Shown piece by piece: positions 58,050 to 64,000 of a stretch of 64,000 nucleotides of DNA. Numbering within the stretch: the first letter of the stretch is position 1; each line of letters opens with the position of its first letter. The position numbers were made by a program, and so were the translations under genes. The notes under the pieces were generated by a model. It saw only the letters and a list, made by a program, of their open reading frames with translations. It made no database searches and was not told the DNA's origin. Source of the DNA: an uncultured Oscillospiraceae bacterium (GTDB lineage: Bacteria; Bacillota; Clostridia; Oscillospirales; Acutalibacteraceae); the NCBI GenBank assembly GCA_900549825.1, contig URQB01000003.1, forward strand, positions 46,117-110,116. Reading direction: 5' to 3'.

Positions 58050-58102
58050 ATCGCGAGCACGAGCAGCAAAATCAAAGTAAAAATAATGATTATGTACTCC
58101 AT
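58037..58102 (-). CDS. 21-aa hydrophobic peptide MEYIIIIFTLILLLVLAIKKD (putative type I toxin), copy 2
   Basis: Same SD and ATG context as copy 1. Three nucleotide differences from copy 1, all synonymous (TTT/TTC Phe, CTG/TTG Leu, GCG/GCA Ala). Confidence 0.6.
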   Translation of the reverse strand: MEYIIIIFTLILLLVLAIKKD

Positions 58103-58201
58103 TCGCCTCACCTCCCTCCCGCGCGAAACAACACGCAAGAAGCGAGGACGCTAACTGCCTACCGCTGAGGTAGTGCCATCGGTGGCGTTTGCCACGTGTC
58201 A

Positions 58202-58230
58202 ATTATATATTGAGAATCCTTATCAGTCAA
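58202..58230 (-). promoter_or_regulatory. Promoter of peptide mRNA 2
   Basis: The minus strand reads TTGACT (58230-58225), 17 nt, then TATAAT (58207-58202). Confidence 0.6.
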
Positions 58231-58278
58231 TATTTTACAATCTGTTTTTTCATCCATAACAGTCCAAATGAAAATAGG

Positions 58279-58316
58279 CAAAAACGGCCGCTGCGGGAAA
58301 GCAACGGCCGTTTTTA
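58279..58316. terminator. Bidirectional terminator at the end of the hydrogenase cluster
   Basis: aaaaacggccg ... cggccgttttt, located downstream of the minus-strand ferredoxin gene. Confidence 0.55.
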
Positions 58317-58332
58317 TTACTGTCGTGTTTTT

Positions 58333-58602
58333 TTACGCCTTGCCGGCGCCTGCCCGAAGGCTCTGCAAAACCTGCTGCTCAAAAAACGCGTCCGTCTCCG
58401 CCGGCAGGAGGGATTGCACCGGGCCGTCGTCCACACTGACGGATACGCCGTCCTGCCCGCAGTTCCCCATGCAGAATTTGGCGCGCACCTCTACGCGCTC
58501 GCCCAATTCCTGCTTTGCAATCAGAGCTTGCAGGCGGTTAATAATATCATAAGACCCTTTCAGATGGCAGGCGCTGCCGATGCAGACATAGATCGTAGTC
58601 AT
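58333..58602 (-). CDS. Thioredoxin-like [2Fe-2S] ferredoxin domain protein
   Basis: ORF trimmed to MTTIYVCIGSACHLKGSYDII...RAKFCMGNCGQDGVSVSVDD after AAAGGA. Cys pattern C-x3-C ... C-x3-C. Confidence 0.75.
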   Translation of the reverse strand: MTTIYVCIGSACHLKGSYDIINRLQALIAKQELGERVEVRAKFCMGNCGQDGVSVSVDDGPVQSLLPAETDAFFEQQVLQSLRAGAGKA

Positions 58603-58716
58603 CTGTAAACTCATCCTTTCACAGGCCAAAGCCTTTTGGAATCCGCAATTCGGAAAAAACCGTCCTATTTATTCTATTATAGCGTGTCTGATTTTGATGT
58701 CAATTCCCAAACCGGA

Positions 58717-60159
58717 TTATTCAAAATCATAAACACTGATCGCATCTGTCATGGTTTTCTCCTTGGCGAGCTGCCCGTATTTGTCCACGTCGAGCTTATT
58801 CTTCGGCCCGTGCGTCAGGCAGGCAGCGCCGCCGATGCAGCCCGATTCGCATGCCATACCCTCGATAAAGTTTTCCTGCAAAACGCCCTTGGAGGCTTTG
58901 AGCAGGGCGGTGCGGCATTCGCGGATGCCGTCGCAGGAGACAGGCTTGTAGCTGAAGTCCCCCAGCCCATACAGGCCCTGCTCCTTGAGCGCCTGCTCAA
59001 CCGCGCTCGCAAGGCCGCCGCTGCGGGCGAAAATACGGCCGTAATAGGAGGCGTTGTTGAGATGCTCGTCGGGCAGGGAGGCAATGTCAATATCGCGCGC
59101 ATCAAACAGCGCCTGCAGCTCCTCAAAGGTGATCACGCAGTCGATATAGGGGCTGACCGTTTCCCACTTCTGCTCCATCTTTTTGGCGATACAGGGGCCG
59201 ACGAAAACAATCTTGCAGCCCGGATCGAGGCGCTTGATATGCTTTGCGATCTGCGCCATAGGGGAGAGGTTGTGCGAGACGTGCTGCGCAAGGTTTGGGA
59301 AAGCCTTGCGGACATAGGTGACAAAGGCCGGGCAGCAGGAGCTGGTTAAAAAGCCCTTTTCATACAGCTCGTTTGCCTCCTGATAGGCCACCATATCCGC
59401 ACCGAGCGCCGCCTCGACCACGCTGAAAAAGCCGAGATGCTTGAGCCCCGACACCACCTGCTCCACGCGCACCTGCACAAACTGGCTCACAATAGAGGGG
59501 GCGACGACCGCATAGACATTGTATTTTGAATTGTTTTCAGACTCCTTCAGGAGTTTGATGGCTTCGAGAATATAGGATTTATCGGCGATCGCGCCGAACG
59601 GACATTTATACACGCACGCGCCGCAGGAGATGCATTTTTCGTTATCAATCTTTGCCTTTTTATCCTCGCCCATATGGATGGCGTTGATATGGCACGCACT
59701 TTCGCACGGGCGCACGCACTGGATGATCGCGTTATAGGGGCAGGCGTTAAGGCATTTCCCGCATTCCACGCATTTGGACTGGTCGATGACAGAGCGGTGG
59801 TTGACAATGCTGATTGCGCCCTTTGGGCAGACGTCGACACATTGATGGGAGATGCAGCCGCGGCAGGCCTCGGATACGCGCATGCCTTCGACCGGGCACT
59901 CGTCGCAGGCGATGTCAAGCACCTCGACGACGTTGGGGTTCTCCCTGTTGCCGCCCATGGCGAGCTTGATGCGCTCCCCAATGATGGCACGCTCCTTATA
60001 GATGCAGCAGCGCATTGTCGGCTTGGGGCCGGGCATGATTTTTGCGGGGATGTCCAGAAGCGCGCCGCTGTCGAGCCGGTCCTCAAAGGCAAGGCGGGCG
60101 ACCTCGCGCAGGACCTTATATTTGAGCTTCTGTACCGCGGTGTCAAATAGTTTTTTCAT
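58717..60159 (-). CDS. [FeFe] hydrogenase catalytic protein with N-terminal multi-[4Fe-4S] region (group B-like)
   Basis: H-cluster motifs are FLTSSCCPAF, VFVGPCIAKKME and FIEGMACESGCIGGAACL. Ferredoxin-type motifs CVECGKCLNACP and CISCGACVYKCP are present. 480 aa. Confidence 0.8.
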   Translation of the reverse strand: MKKLFDTAVQKLKYKVLREVARLAFEDRLDSGALLDIPAKIMPGPKPTMRCCIYKERAIIGERIKLAMGGNRENPNVVEVLDIACDECPVEGMRVSEACRGCISHQCVDVCPKGAISIVNHRSVIDQSKCVECGKCLNACPYNAIIQCVRPCESACHINAIHMGEDKKAKIDNEKCISCGACVYKCPFGAIADKSYILEAIKLLKESENNSKYNVYAVVAPSIVSQFVQVRVEQVVSGLKHLGFFSVVEAALGADMVAYQEANELYEKGFLTSSCCPAFVTYVRKAFPNLAQHVSHNLSPMAQIAKHIKRLDPGCKIVFVGPCIAKKMEQKWETVSPYIDCVITFEELQALFDARDIDIASLPDEHLNNASYYGRIFARSGGLASAVEQALKEQGLYGLGDFSYKPVSCDGIRECRTALLKASKGVLQENFIEGMACESGCIGGAACLTHGPKNKLDVDKYGQLAKEKTMTDAISVYDFE

Positions 60160-60204
60160 TGCATCTCCAACTCCATTCGGGTAAAACTGGGGAATCGACT
60201 GATC

Positions 60205-61377
60205 TTAATAAAATGTTTTGTCAACCCGCTTGCCAAGCTTGACCATCAGCTCTGCAAGGCGATCGATGAGCTTCAATTTAATGCTCAGGTCGGCAGGCAG
60301 ATTCGGGTTCTGATGGGCGGGATTGATCGCCGTGCCGATAAAGAGCTTCAAATGCGTGCAGTCCTCCAGCAGCAGCCGGGCGAGCATGGCTGCGCCGTTC
60401 TCCTCATCAATGCGGTGAAAATAGTAGGAGTCCGCATCCTTTTCACAGTATTCCTGGAGAATATCCAGCGTGCGGGTGAGGGTAAGCACGCCCTCTGTGA
60501 CGAGATCGATGCCTTCAATAAAGCCGACCGGCGGAATCGAAGGGTCGGAATAGGTAAGCGACGTTCGGATTTTACGGTTCAGAACGCGGGCGATGATGTT
60601 GGCGCTCGTGCCGCCGCAGATCACCTTTTTGCCCTGCGAGCGCATGTAGTCGCGCACCATCCGCTCGTCATCCGCCTTGTCCTTGGGCGGGCCCGCGAGC
60701 ATGTTGACCACCTTGTGCGCCGTAACCTCCGCCACCAGAACGGTGGAATCATCCCCCGGCTTTTTCATATAGAGGTCGTTGACGGTATCGGACAGCGCGG
60801 CGGCCAATCGCGGCGCGGACATGTCAAGAGCCGTGGCGTTTAACAGCCATTTGACCACGTGGTCCCATGTCCAGCCGAAATTGAGCGATTCGCCCACGCC
60901 CGCATAGATCACGCCGTCGCTGACGATGGTGATAATGTCCCCGGGGAGCGCCTGAAAGCGGGTTTCATAGACACCCTTGCCGGAGTATTCGTTATATTCG
61001 CATTTGAATTCCATGCGTTTCCCGCCGCGGATATAGATGCAGAAGGGGTTGTCGAATTCTGCGAGGTAGCCTTCGCCGCTGTCCTTGATCTCCAGAATGC
61101 TGAAGGTCGCGTAGGCCACCTTGCGCACGCTGCACACGGGCAGGGTGTTAACGATCGTGGACACGACATCCGCCACGGACGCACCTTCGCGCACCATGGT
61201 CGCGCAGATCGTGCTCGTGAGGGTGGCGAGGATATTGGCCTTGACGCCGCTGCCGAGACCGTCCGCCAGCACGGCGATGGTAGAGTCCGCCGTGCGCACG
61301 GTGACAACCTTGTCGCCGCAGAGCTCCTCGCCCTTTTTATTGAGGCTTTTCCATGCAACGTCGATATGTACGCTCAT
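60205..61377 (-). CDS. SpoIIE/PP2C-family serine phosphatase with extra C-terminal domain
   Basis: ...GEELCGDKVVTVRTADSTIAVLADGLGSGVKANILATL...GDIITIVSDGVIYAG... 390 aa. Confidence 0.75.
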   Translation of the reverse strand: MSVHIDVAWKSLNKKGEELCGDKVVTVRTADSTIAVLADGLGSGVKANILATLTSTICATMVREGASVADVVSTIVNTLPVCSVRKVAYATFSILEIKDSGEGYLAEFDNPFCIYIRGGKRMEFKCEYNEYSGKGVYETRFQALPGDIITIVSDGVIYAGVGESLNFGWTWDHVVKWLLNATALDMSAPRLAAALSDTVNDLYMKKPGDDSTVLVAEVTAHKVVNMLAGPPKDKADDERMVRDYMRSQGKKVICGGTSANIIARVLNRKIRTSLTYSDPSIPPVGFIEGIDLVTEGVLTLTRTLDILQEYCEKDADSYYFHRIDEENGAAMLARLLLEDCTHLKLFIGTAINPAHQNPNLPADLSIKLKLIDRLAELMVKLGKRVDKTFY

Positions 61378-61396
61378 CCGGCTTCACGCCCTTCCT

Positions 61397-63115
61397 TCAA
61401 GCTTGCGTGTCGTCACGCGCGATCATATCCTTGAGCTTTGTCAAAGTTACCTTGGTCTCCGCCGTCGTCTCGCCCAGAAGGCTTGCGATTTCCTGCGCGA
61501 CGACCATCTGCTTGTCGATCACCTTCTGCGCCATTTCGACCGTATCCATGCGCAGCTTCTGGCTCTTTTCCTTCAAGGCCTCCTCCTCGGTGATATCCTT
61601 GAAGATGCCCATGCAGTAATTGCCCTCTTTGATATAGACGATGCTCTCCAGGAAGGTTTTGCGATAAGCGTCCACTGTAATTTTTTGATCAAAGATCGGC
61701 TGCTTTGTATCAAATACAGCGAGCGTGTCTGCCGGGTCAAGGATCTCATAGAGCCCCTTGGTCAGCGCGGCGGCCCGGCTGATTCCAAAGGCCTTTTCCG
61801 CCGCTGCATTGTATTCGACGATATTCAGATCCTCATCGACGATGATCGTGATATTCGGCGTCTCCGTGAGAACGACGTTGGAAAGCGACTCCGCGCGCTG
61901 ACGCATAAACGGCATGCACATCGTCAGCTCTGCCTTGCCCTGATAGACCGCGATCGCCTTGTCGCGGCAGGTGGCGTAACCGCAGGAGCCGCAGTTGAGT
62001 TCCTGCGCGGGAGAGTCCTTGCCGATCTTCTGCAAAATTGAACGGATGACCTCCTCGCTGGGGATTTCCCGCTTATCTGTCCGATCCACGAAGCCCTTGT
62101 GCATGGGGATGACGTTGGTCAGCGTCGGATATCCGTCGCCCGTCGTATGTACATGCTCCTTGATCCGGATGCGGCCGGTGAAACGGTCGTGTGCGCTGGA
62201 GACGCGCGCCGGGCCGTTGATACAGCCGCTGACGCAGGCGTTGATTTCGATAAAGCTGCCGGTGATCTGCCCCGCGCGGACCGCGTCGAGCACATCCTTG
62301 CAGTTGTCGATGCCGTCGATGCTCATGATATTGTAGTTGGGCAGGTCTCCGCCCTCCCGTTTTTTCAGCGTTTTGATGATGCCGCCGGCGATTGGATAAA
62401 GCCGTAAAATTTCGGAATCCCCGCGCAGAAAATCCACCGGCTCGCAGTCATTGATCGAAATCTGCTCCTGCTCGAGCCAGGTGATCATATCGTGAAAGGT
62501 GAGGACTGCGTCGATCTCGTTTTCATGCCGGATATCGTCCGCTTCCGCCTTCTTAGCAATACAGGGGCCGACGAAAACGACCTTGCTGTCATGCCCATAG
62601 GTCTCTTTCAGCAAACGCCCGTGCGCGATCATGGGGCTGACGACGGGCGCGAGGTAAGGGATGAGCTCCGGATAATATTTCTCCACCAGGTCGTTTACCG
62701 TGGGGCAGCAGGTGGTGATGATATTCTCCATCTCATGCGCCTTGATGAGTGTATGATATTCCGCGGTGACATAGGCGGCGCCGTCCGCCGTCTGCGCCGT
62801 GCCGAAGATGCCGAGCTTTTGGAAGGCGCCCAGCAGTTTCCTTTCATCGTTAAAGTCGAAGGAGGAGTAATAGGAGGGTGCAAGGGAAAAAATCACGCGC
62901 CTGCCGTTTTTCAGGAATCCCTTCACCTTGTCGAGATCGCTTGAAAGGGTTTTCGCATTTTGCGGGCAGGTATTCAGGCATTTGCCGCAGAGGATGCAGT
63001 CCGCCTCGATGATCTGGGCCTGCTCGCTGATCAGCCGGATGGATTTCACCGGGCAGACCTTGATGCACTTATAGCAGTTTTTGCAGTTTGCCTTCCGCAG
63101 TCCGATGATGCTCAT
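61397..63115 (-). CDS. hydS: Sensory-type [FeFe] hydrogenase homolog with C-terminal PAS domain (HydS-like, group C)
   Basis: N-terminal 4Fe-4S motifs CKNCYKCIKVCP and CILCGKCLNTCP. H-cluster-like motifs ITTCCPTV, VFVGPCIAKKAE and FIEINACVSGCINGP. A Cys cluster CGSCGYATC is followed by a PAS-like region (...ITIIVDEDLNIVEYNAAAEKAFG...) and a coiled C-terminus. 572 aa. Confidence 0.8.
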   Translation of the reverse strand: MSIIGLRKANCKNCYKCIKVCPVKSIRLISEQAQIIEADCILCGKCLNTCPQNAKTLSSDLDKVKGFLKNGRRVIFSLAPSYYSSFDFNDERKLLGAFQKLGIFGTAQTADGAAYVTAEYHTLIKAHEMENIITTCCPTVNDLVEKYYPELIPYLAPVVSPMIAHGRLLKETYGHDSKVVFVGPCIAKKAEADDIRHENEIDAVLTFHDMITWLEQEQISINDCEPVDFLRGDSEILRLYPIAGGIIKTLKKREGGDLPNYNIMSIDGIDNCKDVLDAVRAGQITGSFIEINACVSGCINGPARVSSAHDRFTGRIRIKEHVHTTGDGYPTLTNVIPMHKGFVDRTDKREIPSEEVIRSILQKIGKDSPAQELNCGSCGYATCRDKAIAVYQGKAELTMCMPFMRQRAESLSNVVLTETPNITIIVDEDLNIVEYNAAAEKAFGISRAAALTKGLYEILDPADTLAVFDTKQPIFDQKITVDAYRKTFLESIVYIKEGNYCMGIFKDITEEEALKEKSQKLRMDTVEMAQKVIDKQMVVAQEIASLLGETTAETKVTLTKLKDMIARDDTQA

Positions 63116-63141
63116 GTGGCCGCTCCTTTCTCTCAGACAGA

Positions 63142-63387
63142 TTACGCCAGCTTCTCTAAAATTTCATTTTTGAAGAAGGCGGGGACGTCCGTCGGGGTGA
63201 GGGAAAATTTTTGCCCGTCCACACTGACGCAGACGCCGCCCTTCGTACATTCGCCCATACAGAAGGAGCCCCTCAGCTCTACCTTTTCCGAAAGCCCATG
63301 GGCGGAAACGAGCTTTTCGAGGATCTGAATGACATCGCGCGAGCCGTGCAGGTGGCAGGAACTGCCGATGCAGATGGTGATCTCCAA
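63142..63387 (-). CDS. Thioredoxin-like [2Fe-2S] ferredoxin domain protein
   Basis: MEITICIGSSCHLHGSRDVIQ...RGSFCMGECTKGGVCVSVDG. Paralog of 58333..58602. Confidence 0.75.
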   Translation of the reverse strand: MEITICIGSSCHLHGSRDVIQILEKLVSAHGLSEKVELRGSFCMGECTKGGVCVSVDGQKFSLTPTDVPAFFKNEILEKLA

Positions 63388-63566
63388 GGAAAAGCACCCC
63401 CATAAAAAGATTTCAGACTTCAGATGTCAGATTTCAGGTGTTGATTATATCATACCGCATCTTGTTGAAATATGCCATATCTAAAATTTCACATCTGCCG
63501 TCAGAATTCCGTAAGAAGGGCTCCGCCTAAGGGTGGAGCCCTTCTTGTTTTTTAACTTGTATCAGT

Positions 63567-64000
63567 TTATCTTCCGTAATAGGCATCCGTGTAAAGCTGC
63601 TCGATCTCGGAAACCAGCGGGTAGCGCGGGTTGGCCGTGGTGCACTGGTCAGCGTGCGCGTTGTCCGCAAGGCGCGGAAGCTTGTCGAAAAATTCCTTCT
63701 CGTCAACGCCGCATTCCTGAATGGAGCTTGGGACGTTGAGGCTGGTGCGCAGGTCCTTAATTGCCTGCACAAGGTTTGCAACGCTCTCCTCCGTGGTCTT
63801 GCCGGCGATGCCGAGATGCTTTGCAATCTTCGCGAATTTCTTATCCGCGACAAAGGTCTCGTACTTCGGGAAGGTGGCGAACTTTGTGGGCTTCTGGCCA
63901 TTGTAGGCCACAATATAGGGCAGCAGGATAGCGTTCGCGCGGCCGTGCGGGATGTGATACTCGCCGCCGAGCTTATGCGCCATGGAATGGTTCAGGCCCA
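63567..64000 (-). CDS. adhE: Bifunctional acetaldehyde-CoA/alcohol dehydrogenase, C-terminal part (continues past window end)
   Basis: ...NHSMAHKLGGEYHIPHGRANAILLPYIVAYNGQKPTKFATFPKYETFVADKKFAKIAKHLGI...NPRYPLVSEIEQLYTDAYYGR* has the Fe-ADH His motif and the typical AdhE C-terminus. The frame is open to position 64000. Confidence 0.8.
   Translation of the reverse strand, partial: GLNHSMAHKLGGEYHIPHGRANAILLPYIVAYNGQKPTKFATFPKYETFVADKKFAKIAKHLGIAGKTTEESVANLVQAIKDLRTSLNVPSSIQECGVDEKEFFDKLPRLADNAHADQCTTANPRYPLVSEIEQLYTDAYYGR

Noticed and set aside
57620-58202. ORF-track entries 57620..57817 (65 aa) and 57987..58202 (71 aa) on the minus strand of the duplicated modules
   Set aside because: They are Arg/His/Cys-rich with no RBS. 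They run through the promoter-proximal leader and across the terminator hairpin. The differences between the two copies change their amino-acid sequence and length, whereas the 22-codon frame is perfectly conserved with synonymous-only changes and has a strong SD.
57541-58231. Possible CRISPR or other short tandem array, because of the two near-identical ~305-bp units
   Set aside because: There are only two units, each ~305 bp long, each with internal promoters, an ORF and terminators. No short repeat-spacer periodicity and no cas genes are present.

Overview
This is a 64-kb chromosomal segment. Gene content suggests a high-GC Clostridia-type Firmicute (Rnf/ApbE, glgBCDA, SpoIID, class B sortases, [FeFe] hydrogenases); that taxon call is inference. 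All calls were made by eye from the sequence and the ORF track, so start codons and RNA ends are approximate, and no GC or identity statistics were computed beyond hand counts. Most of the window is housekeeping: apbE/NusG-II/Gx/rnfC, tRNA-Arg, purA, guaA, ddh, a second guaA-like gene, DUF1846, pyrG, an MFS/GPH transporter, an amino-acid ABC transporter, cysteine desulfurase-thiI-cinA, the glgB-C-D-A operon, a GT2/TPR protein, an Fe-ADH, a MoxR-DUF58-transglutaminase triad, putP and an M23 peptidase. Seven parts are unusual. (1) At 57.5-58.2 kb sit two tandem modules with perfect convergent promoters. Each encodes an identical 21-aa hydrophobic peptide opposite a terminated ~90-nt RNA. This looks like an unannotated type I toxin-antitoxin pair and is the best candidate for something undescribed. 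(2) These modules lie in a visibly AT-rich islet (54.3-58.3 kb) of PadR, DUF1273/SLOG and five small XRE genes, each with its own palindromic operator. (3) A ~450-bp non-coding interspersed repeat occurs in at least four places. Its two full-length copies are each bracketed by a duplicated local terminator hairpin. (4) An H2-sensor-type hydrogenase cluster (2Fe2S-HydS/PAS-PP2C-hydrogenase-2Fe2S) lies directly downstream of adhE. (5) A sortase B x2 / SpoIID / wall-anchored protein cluster uses an IP(D/N)TG sorting motif. (6) An AT-rich insertion (VanZ, GyrI-like, NhaC) contains a chimeric microhomology scar. (7) A decayed integrase lies next to tRNA-Arg. No CRISPR array, rRNA or intact transposase was seen.
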